A DNA stretch of 64,000 nt. Source: Octopus vulgaris. Lineage: Eukaryota. The DNA lies in the NCBI GenBank assembly GCA_951406725.2, contig OX597821.1:52762001-52826000 (forward strand). Direction: 5' to 3'. A model generated the notes under the pieces. It was given only the letters and a program-made list of their open reading frames with translations, ran no database searches and was not told the DNA's origin. A program made the translations under genes and the position numbers. Below are positions 13,470-28,986 of this stretch, piece by piece (position 1 is the first letter of the stretch; every line of letters starts with the position of its first letter).

Positions 13470-15810
13470 AAATAAGCAAGACATTAGTACACTAAATATG
13501 GATGTCGTGGCTATCAGCGAGACCAGAGTTACCAATCGGTAAGCGCTCGCCCTCATTTTTGGTACATACTAGATTAACTTATCTCCATGTCATGCGGAAA
13601 TAGGGGATGGAATTGCAGTTTTGTTCTGGAAGCGTCTGAACCTCAAGATAAGAGGTATCTTCCTGGACCAGGAAAGTAACTTGGTGGTCCTAGATGTGAA
13701 TAGTAGCGACAATGTTGTCTCCAAACTGGTAGCTGTTTATGGTCCGTTATTAGCAGTCAAATTTCTTCAGACGTCTGGAGCTTTTCAGGGGAACGTTTCG
13801 AACTTTAGTACCAATAGGTGACTGGAACACCATTTTGGGCGCAGGTTTAAACTGTTTGGGGCTAGCTGTTAGCAGGTTGGGTGCAAATGCCTCACAAGTT
13901 TGCTCAGACGTTTCCAGCTGTCTGATAATTACCGAATGGATATTCGTTCGGGATGTGCCAGTTTGAACATGGACGAACTGCAACGGGTCATCTTCGTCGT
14001 ATTTAGATAGAGTTGTTCGTAGACAGAGAACCGGCTATTGGAATCTGAACAAGTCACTCCATGTATGGTAAGTATACAGAAACCGGATTAGCGTATTAGT
14101 TTAGCATGCGTTGATGGGAATGAACTTTAGCAACAAATAGCTTGCCTTGAAAAGGACAATTAGGGTAAAGTCGATTAAGTTTGGTAAGGCCACCAGAGAT
14201 AGAAAGAAATAGAAAAGAAGATAACATAAAAACTTAGAAGAGGTGCTTAGGAAAGGTATCGCATGATTGACCCTGGACTGATTGACCCTGGACCACTTCT
14301 TTCACGCTTATTACGAAGGCTGCATTGTTAGAGCTAAGGCACGTGCTCTAAGAAACGAGGGAACAAAAGCTGGTCGATAAGCCCATGTGACAGAAGTGTA
14401 ACGTGAAAACAAAGTCACAATTGTGTTTTGTTGTGAACCAAAATGGGTGAAGGGTACTTGAACCGGAGCACATGTGAGCGGCATTTCAGCAACCCTTCGT
14501 TCGACTATTTGTGGGGAATGGAAGTTCTAAATGCAGGATGGACCTCAGTGCTTACCTCTACGACTCTCAGAAAGGAAGGCGGAGCGTTGCGTGAAATCGA
14601 TAACAGGCACAGAAATTTGGGATGTGATAATGAGTTTCACTGGGCAGAACTCTTGGTTTAAATAGTCAGCTATACGAGACTTACGTTTGTATACCAGACG
14701 TTTTTTGCGGTCTCTTAACAAATTTTTACCGCAACTAGCAGCAAAAAAGGGAGAATCTCTACTTCTCTGAGTCGAGAAGCGGTAGCACTGCAAAGAAAGA
14801 TCCAAAGAAGGGGAAACAACTAGAAAATGTTAGATCTATAACGCTGCTGGGTGCAGATTTCAACATTTTGGCTAAGGGTGTTGCGAATAGGTTGGAGCTT
14901 GTTATCGAGGAGCTTATTGGTGATGTGAAAACGTGCACCATCCCAAGCAAATCCATCCACCTCATGTAACACATCATAGACAGGGTGGTTAAAGAAGCTG
15001 TCAGTGGTGGGTGCTGATCAGGTTCGATAATTCGAAATCCTTCGATAGGATAGACAAATGATACTTGGCGGCGGTTCCCAGAGCAGCTGATTTCGGTCCT
15101 GTTTTCCATTGGTGGGTCGCTGCGATATACAGTGACATGTGCTTCGTAGCTCAGGTGAATAGTTACCCATGGCAACTATTTTGCATCATACGCTCGATCC
15201 ATCAAGGGTTTTCCCTTTCTTCTGTAATGTCTGTCACTAGAGCCACTACTGCGGAAATTGGAGATACTAAGATGCATACCACGCGGATTAGAGCATGGAA
15301 GGACCGTGTGGCTATATGCGGATTCGAATACCAGATACATCGACCTGATCTGAACTACGAGACGATGACAGTTACAAAGCTAACAAGAAATGTCTGTGCG
15401 ACTGAAACTCGGAACATGGCAAGGGAGGTCCATGCCGCATCATAACATCGTGGGACGCTGGACTAATGGACCGCTTAATATGACTGGAATCTAGTTTGGT
15501 CCTGATCTCCAGGTAGAATACTGCGACGAGATGACGAGCCGATGCAATACATCACCACTGTCATATATCACTGCATGACCGACATGCTTTGCTCCAGTTT
15601 AAGTCTCATTAAACTGGAGCATATACTCTTCAACTTCCTGTGGAGGTAAGGCATTACACTGGTCAGACGTTCCATTCCCTGTTAACATCCGCGGAATGGA
15701 AGAGTTTGGATACTGCTGTTGCTGACACGATGACACGCACTGAGGATACTACACTTGTAGGACTTACATGATGGTGAAGTGATGCAGTCACCGTTTGTCA
15801 GATTCGCATA
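13470..15810 (+). mobile_element. L1/Tx1-clade LINE ORF2 remnant (APE endonuclease + RT), many stops and deletions
   Basis: MDVVAISETR, LVAVYGP, GDWN and SSYLDRV (APE); KKDPKKG...RSITLLGADFNILAK.VANRL, SKSFDR and RSIHQG (RT domains). Confidence 0.88.
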
Positions 15811-15869
15811 CATACATACGTACATACCCAACATACATATATGTATATATATACTCACACATACACACA

Positions 15870-15917
<48 letters not shown>

Positions 15918-16006
15918 TACATACATATATATATCACATGATATATATATATCAGATATCAGATGTTATATATATATGAGATGTTGCTACACATCTGATA
16001 TTTTTT

Positions 16007-16213
16007 AGCGTTCAAATGACGCCACCCTGGTGACTAAGCGATCAGGCCAACAGAAGAGAGAGTGAGAGAAAGTTGCGGCGAAAGAGTACAGCAGGGGTCA
16101 CCACCACCTCTGTGTTTTCGCTCAATAAACACACAACGCTCGGTTTGGGAATCTAAACCGCGATCCTCCGACCGTGAGTCCGCTGGTCTAACCACTGGGC
16201 CATTGCTCCTCCA
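16007..16213 (-). mobile_element. tRNA-derived SINE family B (internally deleted)
   Basis: Reverse complement of the head at 44261 (ATGGCCCAGTGGTTAG...GATCGCGGTTT). Confidence 0.85.
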
Positions 16214-16895
16214 CACAGACACACAATTATATATATATATATATAAGCCAAATCGATGGGTTTTCTCCCCCAATAACATCTGGTAGGCGTTCGAAGTATA
16301 TACAATACGTTGTTGTTTTTGCAGGTGTAGTATGTTTATCAATTCTTCAATATATTCGTAGCATGACCAAATTTTCTGTAAAATCTTGTTTAAACGTCAC
16401 CAAAAATAACGGAATAACTGTTAATGAAACCAACTGTAGACTATTGGTCGATACGAAATATATACATGAGCATATTCTTTCCTAATGACTTTAAAATTGT
16501 GCAGTTGGAACCTTGTCTCATTTTCAGTTAGCCGATTATTAAGAATTTCTAGAATCTCATATTCCTCTTCAAGTTATTTTGGCAGTTCCTCGTGCGGTTT
16601 GCAAATTACTTATACGCAGACAAACTGCATTATCTGAACAATAGACTAACTTGAGAATGTTGTGTACTAAAAGATCGAGACTCGTTTTATACACATCAAT
16701 GAGATTCTTTTTGTGAAGTAACTTGGTCTCCAAGATATTATCAACCATATATTCTTCAAACCACACACTTTAATTTTGGAAAACGTAGGCACATTTATGT
16801 CATGCAGAGATACAAGATCACCAAAGCTTGGATGCATCTCGCTTCAGTTTTCTTTAGTTACTGCAACAACACAAACCACCAACCAAAACGTTCTA

Positions 16896-17100
16896 GTTTA
16901 TTCTTTTCTACTCTAGGCAAAACGCCCCAAATTTTTGGGGAGGAGGTCAGTCGATTAGATCGACCCCAGTACGCAACTGGTGCTTAATTTATCGACTCCG
17001 AAAGTCGACCTCGGTGGAATTTGAACTCAGAACGTAAAGACAGACGAAATGCCGATAAGCATTTCGCCGGTGTGCTAACGTTTCTGCCAGCTCGCCGCCT
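16896..17100 (-). mobile_element. SINE family C
   Basis: GGCGGCGAGCTGGCAGAAACGTTAGCAC...GAGTTCAAATTCC (pol III A/B-box-like); close match to 44902-45132. Confidence 0.88.
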
Positions 17101-18097
17101 TAAAGTTCTAGTTTATTAAATTTAAATGATAGCTGCATTTTCGGATACAAGCAGAAATAAAGAAAATTTTAATAGTGAAAGATAAGTGTATCGACGAAAA
17201 TCTAGGATCTAATATCACTTGTATAGTTAACTGGTGATTATTACTAATACACTAATACCAAAGAAAATGTGAAGGTATCAGTAAAAAGCTAAGCTAAAAT
17301 ATCTATCATATCTTTGCCCCACGCAAAGAGAATGAAACCAGAGATCACATTTTTTCACCGATGCCATATCTACGCCTTTGGCACCAATTAGTATTTTTTT
17401 TATCCGATTTCGAATCCTATTTAAGCTGACGAGTGTGTAAATAAATGATGGAAATTGAAGTAACGTCGACCTTGTTGACTATCATTCTCCCATACGCAAT
17501 TACGCGGATGTTTATCTAAATATAATCACTATACAGTAAAATGCAACCAAATTGTCAATAATCCAATATGATTTGCAAGTGAATATATACAAGGTCGGAT
17601 CTGTTGAATACGGTATGACCTCTCGTAGATCACAATGGAATGGCTTCCATTAAAGCATTTGTGCATTTATTTCATAGATTTTTCGATGACATATGAATAC
17701 TGTTCGAGCATTTCGCTCATTCATATAGACATTATACGGCATCTATTGAAACATAACTTTTCTGATGTGAGGATATCTATCATCTCTATGGAATCAGCTC
17801 TATGAAAGATACGAAGCGATAATATCGGGCAAACCTTCGTTTCAAAAGTGATTCTATCCAACGCTAAAAACACAACTAAACGTACAATATTCAACTATAG
17901 ATAGTAAATCTAAAAACTTGGAGTGTATCAAATATCAATGAGATTTAATATGGGGAATATTCATTTTATAGTAAAAACTGCTTAAATAATATTAGTCAAT
18001 ATAAAGATGTTGTCGTGTAAGTGCGGCATTTGACCATTGCAATATGAGCAGGTCTTTATCGTTTGTATAATAATGTAAAACGATACCAATGTCTGAA

Positions 18098-18144
<47 letters not shown>

Positions 18145-19379
18145 ACACACACACACACACACGTGCATTTGAATCACATTATAACTAATATAGGTTCATA
18201 AAACGCATAAAACGAAGCAATGTACGATATTGTAAAGGGATTAAGTATGACCCATTTAGCATGCAGAACACAGTTACTTGTGGGTTAGCATGCTTCAAGT
18301 AGTGGGCTAAAAAATAATGTTTGATGAATTGAAGTGATATCCTAAACAAAAAGATAAGGAAATTAGCCTTAATTGTAATTCTCTCGGGGAAGCATGAGAG
18401 AGAACTCGGAAACATAAACTGAATAAATGTTATATGGTGACATGCAATGGGAAATTTACTTAAACCTTGATGAATACAGTGATTTTACTCAACATATTTG
18501 AAATTATATAAGATTACTAAATGATCGATAGAATGAACGGGATAAACTAATTTGCAGTCGACTGTTTCATTTATTTGCATTGAATACAAATATTAGCGCA
18601 TCAATAACATTGACTTATTACGTCTATTGCTAAAGGCTGTATATTTTTCTAAAGAGAAAAATATTCACAACAAAATACGCCTCATCAAGCTGGAATACAA
18701 TAAAAAAGAAATATTTTTCAGAGTTATTATCAATATTGGCATATTATCTTCCCAGCTCGTTTTGTAAAACACGACATAATATACGTTCTAGACGAGATCA
18801 TCATCAGGTGACATGTATTTGTTTTATGACCTCGAGTAACCATAAAGTTCATTGCTTGGAATAGCTAGTCAACGAACAAGAACAAGTAGTACAATTCTAG
18901 GTACTTAAAATGGTATTAAAACCCATTCACTGTCATGACAGTTAAATGAGCTGTGCTATGCTTTCCAATCGCTATCTCAGTTTTTTCTATATCTATGTCC
19001 TCTGATATTTGTGCAACTGTGACCAGTTTAGGTACACTGTGGGTAATGGAAATGTTATCACATAGTTTCGCTAATTCCTAACTATACATGCTATGTTTCT
19101 CAGTTTCGTCTCTTAACGGAGATATCCTATGAGCTGTGGTTTTGATTTTATCTCTCATTACATGTGTTATTTGTTAATCCTGTTGTGAGAATATGGGGAG
19201 AGATATAAACCATGTTTCAAATCATCCAGTTATGAAATGTGTTAGCTCAAATGAGGCACAAACACAAATGAAGCGCAAACACATACAAAACGTTTTTTTT
19301 TTTCTCTTGAAAGCTGTTCTCGGATAAATTATCTGCATATTTAGTATCTTAACGCTTTGTTCTTGAAGAAGGGCGCTGC

Positions 19380-19690
19380 ATGGATAGGCCATGTGGAATT
19401 GACGAGATTGGTGTTCCACTTCAATATTTTCAAGTAGACACAGTAGCAGAGAAAGTAACAGGGGACCTCGAAAGCTGACATCATACAGGAGAAAGGAACT
19501 CGGGCGTGGTTATTAATATTGGCTTGGGTATAGACACAGCATAGGTGAGAAGAAAAGGGACTGGTAACGTTAAGAGGGCCTCACTGGTAGTAGGAAAAGA
19601 ACTTGTAAATCTGAGGTATACAATCAGTAAAAAATAAAGAGGTAAGAGAAAAGGGTCTGGGGTTTTAATAAAGAGGCGGGTTGGTGATCA
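19380..19690 (-). mobile_element. Very decayed CR1-like LINE 3' remnant
   Basis: Purine-rich plus strand; weak similarity to 20430-20690. Confidence 0.3.
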
Positions 19691-20429
19691 ACTTCATATT
19701 AAACTGTTCAAATGTTGAAAATGTTTGAATGTATTAATAAGTATGCAGTTCTGCAGAATCATAAAACTATGATGATGGTCTGATCATAAAATTATAGAAA
19801 TATGGTAAATATTAATGTAAGACAGTTTTCGTAGATTATGAAGTGTAATACAGTATGAAAATATTCGAAGAACAATATGAAATTCCATTAAGCTATTAAG
19901 CAAGCAACACGCTTACGTTTTATGCAGAAATTGAAGAAATTCACAATGCAGGAGATAATGATGTGGCTTTGGGAAAATAGCCGTCAAACACCCAGAATGT
20001 GTGAAAATAATAATCAAAATATACGATAAATGTCATTTTAAGTGTTCCTTTTCAGAACTTAATTTAAATCATAGATAATATGACCACTATTTCATTGATA
20101 TATATTTTGCATGAACACGCCAATCATGATTCCATTTCCTCATTTATCATTTTGCAATTAAAACATATGATCTTATCTAGAATACAAATGAATCAATATT
20201 TGTATTCCAGAGTGGATATGCATCTTTTAGCAAATGCTCTAATGTAACATAAATGTATCGATCGTTTGATAAGCAAAACAGCTTATCTTCTGACACAATG
20301 ACGTAATTACCAAAATGTCCGCAGTTTCATGTTGAAAAGTTATATAACAATATATAGTAATGTATATATGGAAGAACAGAACAGTAGTAAGATGTAAATG
20401 CTTGCATTTGTCCTCTTCTGGCTGTCCGA

Positions 20430-20690
20430 TACCGAGTTGATTTTTCGTAGTTAATATTCCTCTTGAAATCAACGGTTGAAGGAGAAATTGAAAGATGGGA
20501 GGTATTAAAGGCTGACATACTTAGACGGTGGTGGAGAACAGTGAATAGGGACTGGTATAAGTCTTGAAGTTGGACACAATATGGGTAATGATGAACCGAG
20601 AAATTAGTGGGGTATGAATATCAGATTTTAGGCGGTATGAGAAAAACAAGCGCCGAGGAATAGATACCATTTAAGTAGGTGTAGAGGTAT
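20430..20690 (-). mobile_element. Decayed CR1-like LINE ORF2 C-terminus
   Basis: Minus-strand remnants HHYPYCVQL...SPSTVDFKRNIN resemble the CR1-group C-terminal HP..V...FP...DL..FKRNIN pattern. Confidence 0.4.
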
Positions 20691-20840
20691 CATGTTCATC
20701 AACAGGCTTTTGTGCAAGGAAACAAAAATGAAGTAACAAGATAAGTGGAATGAAATATTGTGAAGGACATTCAGCGCTTACAAATAAAAATATTTACAAA
20801 AATAGTCGTGTTTTATAATTTTAGCAGCAAGTTAACTTAC

Positions 20841-20990
20841 ACGTCTTCAGAACGACAGAATCAAAATTTCAAGAAAAATATAAGGAAATTCGTCTCCACA
20901 AGTACATCGCTCCTCAGCAAAAATTCGTTGAACGTTTTATAAAAAAAAAACGAAGCTTACCTGCAAAAGAAAGAAAAGAGGAATTTAGTC
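20841..20990 (-). promoter_or_regulatory. Candidate recursive splice site with a 120-nt RS-exon
   Basis: Minus strand reads GACTAAAT-TCCTCTTTTCTTTCTTTTGCAG|GTAAGC (junction 20961/20960); a downstream CGT|GTAAGT donor lies at 20841/20840. Confidence 0.5.
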
Positions 20991-21992
20991 AAAAGACAGA
21001 CGAAATTACAATTAGAAAATATATAAGCTTCTAAGAAATGAGGTCAAGCATACACACACTCACATGCGCACAAATAAGCACATACAAATACAAAACTGTT
21101 ACACGCACACACATGCACGCACGCACACACACACACCATTATGCATACATGTAAGCATGTGAATATATATATATATACACATATACTTAGTTAAATTTAT
21201 AGAAGGACAAAGGACGAAGACAGCTGTATGAACAAGCAGGTGTCTTAGTTTGATGATATATAGGTGTTAGACATGACAGCGTTTCATATATAGAGACTGA
21301 GAAATAGGCAGGTTGTTAGATACACGCAGGCATACATACACACATGCAAACATCCATACATAGACACATGTATACATACATGTATAAATACATGCATGCA
21401 AACTTACATACGCACAAATACATACATACACACATACATTCATACATACATACATTCATACATACATACATACATACATACATACATACATACACAGGCA
21501 CCCACGTTTCAATGTCATGTGAATAGTTACTTTGCTATTTTCAGCTGTACAGTCCTCCGCATAACTGTTCCCTTATAGATTTTTAATTAATTTATTTTCT
21601 GTGTTGCTGTTTACTCAGATTTCAAACCTAATGGGACAGATTTATGATGGGAAAAAAAAACTCCAAGAAAGACAACTCTGTGTTTTCATTTCTATTTATG
21701 TCTACACTAGCTGATTTCTCAAACTAATTATTTTAAAAGCAATAGGGATCTCAAGCATCGTCCTTGCTATATTTATAACATCGATTGTCTCTGTCGAGAT
21801 TCCCTTATTTGATCTTATTTATTTAAGTCAGACAACGATTTATCAAATGGCGAATATAATCAATGGCACTTAATCTTGTGGGATATTCACGAATGAAATT
21901 TGGAGTTACATACTAGGTTATTGGTAAAGCAACATACTTGTGAAAATATCTTTATTGGAAGCTGCTGATATCACAAGAGACATAAATCCCTG

Positions 21993-22170
<178 letters not shown>

Positions 22171-22247
22171 GCGTTTGCATACCACACTTACAGAATACAA
22201 TTACATGTATATAGGTATATAAATGCAAATATATAGAATGTTTTTAA

Positions 22248-22455
22248 GTTGGGTACGAGGCCAGCAATATCCAAGAAGGGGTTAAGTCGATTACATCGAG
22301 CCCTGAATGCAACTGGTATTTATTTTATCAACCTTGAAATGATGAAAGCTAGAGTCAAGCTCTAAGTGGAATTTGAACTCAGAATCTACAGACAAAAGAC
22401 GAAATGCCGCTAAGCATTGAGCCCGGCGTGCTAACGGTTCTACCATTTCGCCGCG
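22248..22455 (-). mobile_element. SINE family C
   Basis: Matches 16896-17100 and 44902-45132. Confidence 0.85.
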
Positions 22456-22547
22456 CAAAATACAAATATAAATATTGTAGTGTATGCACAACCACATATC
22501 ATGGGTATACATCCTTTTTCTACAGCTATATGTATTCTTCCTACCCA

Positions 22548-22665
22548 TTACCTGCCTGCCTACCTACATTCCTACCTACCTACCTACCTACCTACCTACC
22601 TACCTACATACCTACCTACCTACCTACCTACCTACCTACCTACCTACCCACATACCTACCTAATT
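22548..22665. repeat. (CCTA)n microsatellite
   Basis: Directly visible. Confidence 0.95.
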
Positions 22666-24342
22666 TTCTGTCTGTCTGTCTCTGAATATTTATAGGGATA
22701 CATAGGTAGATCATTAGAAAGAGAGAAACACAGTGAGAGACAGATATTCGGACTCATAGATACATAGGTAGATTGACAAAGGAATACATAGATAGATAAA
22801 TAGATAGAAAGATAAATAGATAGATGGATAGATGCATACATACATGCATACATGCATATATACATACATGGTTAGTGGCATTTGTACTTATATTGGCACG
22901 AGTTCCAGGAATGTTATATGTGTTGTATAACAACAGGACATCACGGAAATCCATATTGCGTATAATTATCTATTTACGAGGTATATATTCTCTCTGAGAA
23001 GAATTTTGACGGACCGATATATCGTGTCAGCCAAGAACTTGGGGAGTACTTCCAAGTTGCGTCATATAATTGCAATGTATACTTGGCACCGATAGTTATA
23101 TCTAGATTTATAATATCCACGCTGTGTGCTTGTACACAGAGTATGCATACATACATACATATATATCCATATATACATACATATATATATCCATATATAC
23201 ATACATATTTCCATATATACATACATATATATATATATATCCATATATACATACATACATATATATATTTATATATACATCCATATGTGTGTATGCCTGC
23301 ATGTGTGTATGCATGTATGTATATGTGCATATATGTATGAGTGTATGTGAGTACACATGCACACACACAGGCACACATATAATCATTCATATGCCTTTAC
23401 GCACACACGCTCAGCTGCTGCTGTCTTAATCTGAGATATAAGTTTCAGTGTTAAGAGATACTCACGATTTAGAGGCATGTGTATAACATAAACTGAATAT
23501 ATACCATTTGTACAAAGTTGTAAGCACTAGTGCCAATATAATCATAATTAACCGTTGAAAGAAATCCCCCTGAGATTTTACTAAACACCTGCGTAATGCT
23601 TTCAACATGATTGTCGAAATAAAACAGGCACATACGCACGTAAAGGCTCACGCATATTGTTTGAAGTATACAAAAACTGGAGAATAATAACGTATAGGGA
23701 TGTTCAGCTTGTTAACAAATCTGACTTTCACTTTCAGCAGTTGTAATTATAGAACGAATTCCAAGAAAAAATACAAACAACGATAAAATTCATCTGCTGA
23801 GCTTTTAGTGACCTCTGCGATGGAACGAATATGAAAATATAATGGCGTTATTGTAACTTAGTGTGGCAATGACACAAATATATGTAAAACATGCATGAAA
23901 ACAGAAACAGGAACGTCTATTCCAGCCGTGAATTTCCAGGTACATTTGCTTACACTTAAGATGATAATATCTAAAGTTATAGACAGATTCATAGATATTA
24001 TAGGGTAGAGAAAGTAATGAAGTTCTTAATATTACAAACAGACTGTTCAGTATTATCACAAAAGGGGCTGTCGGCCTATGTGCAGATACCCCTTGCCTTA
24101 CTTTAGCCGTAAGTTCTTAAAAAGAAGAATCACTTTTGAGTATGTTTAATCAACTGACTCTTTGCGCTCGATTTTGATGGCTTTTTATCTAATTTAGAAA
24201 CCATCATCATCATCATTCTTCTTATATAAAAAAAACCCACATTATTTTAACATGTCTCACGAACTTTTTCCTCAACATAATATTTACTTAATTTGTCAAA
24301 TTCCTTTACATATATATGTTTGTCAGTGGGAACATTTACATC

Positions 24343-24712
<370 letters not shown>

Positions 24713-26030
24713 TTTTATTATTATTATTATTATTACTATGTGACGTGGACGTAAACACACCAGCATCGCTTGTCAAGCGATGTTGGGGGGACAAACACAG
24801 ACACACAAACATATATATATATATACATATATATATACGCGTGTAAATACTTTTGTATGTATATATATATGTGTGTGTTTACATATACATGTAGATATAC
24901 ACACTTATATCTATCCACACGCATATCTATACACACGCATATCTATCTATCTAGGTAGCTAGCTATCTGTCTGTCAGTACATATGTATGTGTGTGCTCCT
25001 GTGTGTATTGCAAAAATCGGCCCTTCAACACTTTTCCCAAATATACAATCTACATGTTTTTATATGGTACATTGTGGAAGAATAAACAGTGAATCTAACT
25101 TTCATAGATCTTTCGAGGCAGGTGTCATCGATACGTTAGATCTTCATTTGAAACATCTGTGAAGTCGACATCTGCAGGATATAGTGATGGAGAATTGAAT
25201 TCAGGAGGCATAAATGCTGGGCTCGAATGGAGTTAGTGAAATATTATAGCTCTAAGAAATCTAGATGCGTTAAATGTAGTTGAGTAGAGCAGCCGAATGC
25301 AATGGGTGGTTTCCTAACAAATGTATTATTATTATTGTTGTTGCTGCTGCTGTTCTTCTTCTTCTTCTTATTATTATTATTAGTAGTAATAATAGTAGTA
25401 GTAGTACTATGCGTGTTGTGTCTTTTGTTTAAGGCAATTCTGCCCGTATTAAACGGAATTATGATCTAGAACATTCTAGTCGTGACTTTACGGTTTTCTA
25501 ACGAATATCTAGAATTAAATTATGTACTGAAGTGTTTCTTTAGTTGTTTTTTTTCTTTAAAGTCAGTAAGGTGAAAGTTTTATCGTTGCTGAATACCTGT
25601 ATGTAAATCTCTAGGCCTAACTTGGGAGTATTCGTTTGTGAATCTCATTGATGCTTTGTAGATCGGATGTATTTTGTGGTTCTTAAATGGTTTGTGACAA
25701 TTTGCTTTTTACTATAGTAATGTTTTAGAGTTAGCAAAAATATTTATCAAAAATTCTACGACATAGATTTTGTAGCGATTTAGGAGGTTTTCTTTACGTG
25801 TTATGCCTAACACGTTTTTCATATGAACAATGGTGCAACTTTTATGTTGTTGCAAAACTATATTGTGCTTTTCTCCGTTATTTCATGTTTCTTTTCATTA
25901 AGGCATTTCAGATTTAACAAGTTATATCTCAGCTGGTTGACTCTTTGGCACGGAAGAGAAAATAGTGGCATTGTCTTTCCGGCAATAGACATTTTTGTAG
26001 GTTACAACAACCTCGGTGTAGAATGGTACA

Positions 26031-26255
26031 TATGACAGGGCACTGAAAAGTTCCTGACTTTAAGGGTATCGAGAAAGGTCTGGAAGGAAGCCGAACATTC
26101 CGAGTTTTTTACATTCAGATTTTGAAAAGCTGAAAGGAAAGCTGCAATAAGTGTGTGAATCTGAGACAGGAATATATTGAGTGAAATCATAATTTACTGA
26201 TCCTCCTCTATTTTGTTTTATTCAAAGCCAGGAACTTTTCAGTACCTCGGTCATA
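26031..26255 (+). mobile_element. Mariner-derived MITE (internally deleted)
   Basis: TA-flanked ~30-bp imperfect TIRs TGACAGGGCACTGAAAAGTTCCTGACTTT / AAAGCCAGGAACTTTTCAGTACCTCGGTCA; internal CNKCVNLRQEYIE* resembles the mariner transposase C-terminus. Confidence 0.85.
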
Positions 26256-27644
26256 GCTACACTTTAGTACACATTGTATTTCATAACGTGTGATCGAAAA
26301 CGTACCATTTTAATAGTACACGATGCAATAATGGGACTTCAGTTTGCGGTTAGAGGTAATACAGGGGAATTAAAATTCAGTGTACGTCTGATATGCATTA
26401 ATCTGGTCTCGACAAAATAAGTTTAAACATTTATCTGGCTGTTGAGTGTATAATATTAGAGGAAGCAATAGCTACCAAATTCTACATTATAGATTGTTGC
26501 TGTTGTCATTTATCTTCATGGCTCCTGCATCTTATCAACTCTACATGCTCTCGTAAAATTCAACAAGTCCCTACTGTAATTTCACATGTACAATTCCAGA
26601 TTGTCGGATAACCAAACGTCAAATAAGCTGTGTATGCTCACTCTTAACGAATACATCTTTATGTAATCTCATTAATGGCTTGCCAGCTAAGTCGAGAGGC
26701 TGAAGTCAGAAATCAACATTGCCGAGTAATATAAATCTGAAAGTTGATAGACTTTTAATATATTCAGGCAGCTACGATAAAAGTTTTCTCATTAGCTGTG
26801 CGTGATTCATTAAAATATCTTCTCTTCTGAAAATTCGTGTTTATCAAGAAAAGTTCATTAAAGTTGAAAATGAAAGAAATAGAAGTCTTATGAACATTAA
26901 ATTTAACGATTAATTAGTGACTTTGCATATCAGACGAACACCTGTAAATAGACATTATGTTTTAATCTCCTATGCTCACTTCTCCAGGGCTTTGTGTCAC
27001 ATATAATCTCTTCTATACATAACTTTTTCTTCTTTGACATTCTAATAAATGCGATTATTTTAATAAAATTTTGCTTTCTTAATGAAAGAAATCACACATA
27101 TTATAGGCTTTTCTGTATCTCATACTTTTTTTGAGAAAGATTTATTGTTTGGAAATAATGTCTTAAAATTATAATTATCAGTAGCAGCTAGTGAAAAGAG
27201 GTGGAGGCATACATGCAATGTTGTTGCTCGAAAATTATTAGTGGAGTCTTTGAAAATTTATATTTTGTAATATTTCAATAAATATTCACAAAGAAATAAT
27301 ACATTAAAATAATCCTTATGAACTAGTTTAATGCCTATCACAAAGAAAATCGTTAAATCGGTGAGTATTGTTCTGGACCAACCTTGATTAATCAATTCTA
27401 TGATCAGTTTCTCAATGATATGGGTTCTTACGGATGTATGAACACACTTTTGAATGCCTACTGTGTTTAGCACTGCTCTCTATTGAATAATTTACTAACT
27501 ACTTTGAATGCTTGTTTAAATGTAGTTTTCACACATAGTTTGTTATTTTCCAGATGCCTGTTCTTTTAAAATATTTCCTAGATACTAATGTTTCAGAATG
27601 TGTACATACTACTTTTTCATTGATACAACATACGTTTACATATA

Positions 27645-27795
27645 CATGTATGTATGTATGTATGTATGTATGTATGTATGTATGTATGTATGTATGTATG
27701 TATGTATGTATGTATGTATGTATGTATGTATGCATGTATGTATGAATGTATGTATGAATGTATGTATGCATGTATGAATGTATGTATGCATGCAG
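27645..27795. repeat. (TATG)n microsatellite
   Basis: Directly visible. Confidence 0.97.
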
Positions 27796-28986
27796 GTACA
27801 TGTATATATTCATGTATGTTTTCAATTTCCATTCCGTTCACTTCTCCATTTCAGCTGCTTTTTATGATATTTCAAGCACTCTTTTCTATATTCTACTGTT
27901 TGACTAATTACACACAGTTTTTGATTAACATTTTATTATTATTTTCAAGTTGAATCTATTTTACAATCAGAATTCAGTATTTGCTGGAGATGTCTATCAG
28001 TTTTACACTTCTGGTATCAATAAAATAGGGTTTATTTCCTTTCGTTACTACTTTTACTACCTGAGACGAAGAAGCCATTATACCAGAAAGACCATACACT
28101 AGGATTCAAATGTTTCCAATACTAGAATTTCTGCCTCTTTTTTGTACTTTCAGGGTGGTGAAGATATATCTAACCACTCTTTCTGTACACTAGTAGCCTC
28201 GCGTCATTGTACGTAATTAATATTTTAGTCTTTAGAATTTATCTGGTTCATTAACCATCACAATGTATTATGCTACTGCTAGAATATTTAGATATAAAAT
28301 TAATACTGGAAATATTGAAAGTGAAATAAATTTTCTAATATTCAGAATTAACCTATGCTCAGAAATGTAATAAAGGTAGGAAGTAAATAACTTAAATTTA
28401 TATTCTAATTTCATCATTCTCTATTTGTTTTGGTTTTTTTTTTTATTGCATCTTTAACAACTTTCTAGGGAAATTATTTCTCAATATATTATGTATATAT
28501 TAATCAGAATTATTGTGCGAAAACATATTCGGAAGAAAACACGTGTTAAAGAATATAGATTTAAAATCAACGTTAGTTTCATCCACTGACAAGATTTTCT
28601 AATAACTAAACAGGTGTAGGCAATCTATTTTTGGGTGTCTGTTATAAGAAATCCCTATTATTTAACTTGAAATGAGATTTTCATGGCCGAAAACTAAATA
28701 TTCTTTACTAGTCGAATAACTTATTACTGAATGGAACTGATTTCCCGTGACAGTGCAATAATAGACCAATATCACAAAACCTAACACGATTATCCAACTG
28801 AGCTTATGTACTATCCTAACTATTTCGATTTTTCCGTCGTTTACATTCGGTTCAGAGACTACCAAGAATAATATATCAGAAATTCGTTAATTTCTCCACT
28901 AACTCCCTCAATTTCTTTCTCTATCTCTCTCTCTCTCATCTGTGTATCATCCTAAATGTATACACTCTGTTAGAAGACAAAATATT

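Noticed and set aside
28153-28210. Plus-strand acceptor followed by a short open frame (GGEDISNHSFCTLVASRH)
   Set aside because: Peptide not recognised, donor weak, and such motifs are expected by chance in AT-rich DNA.
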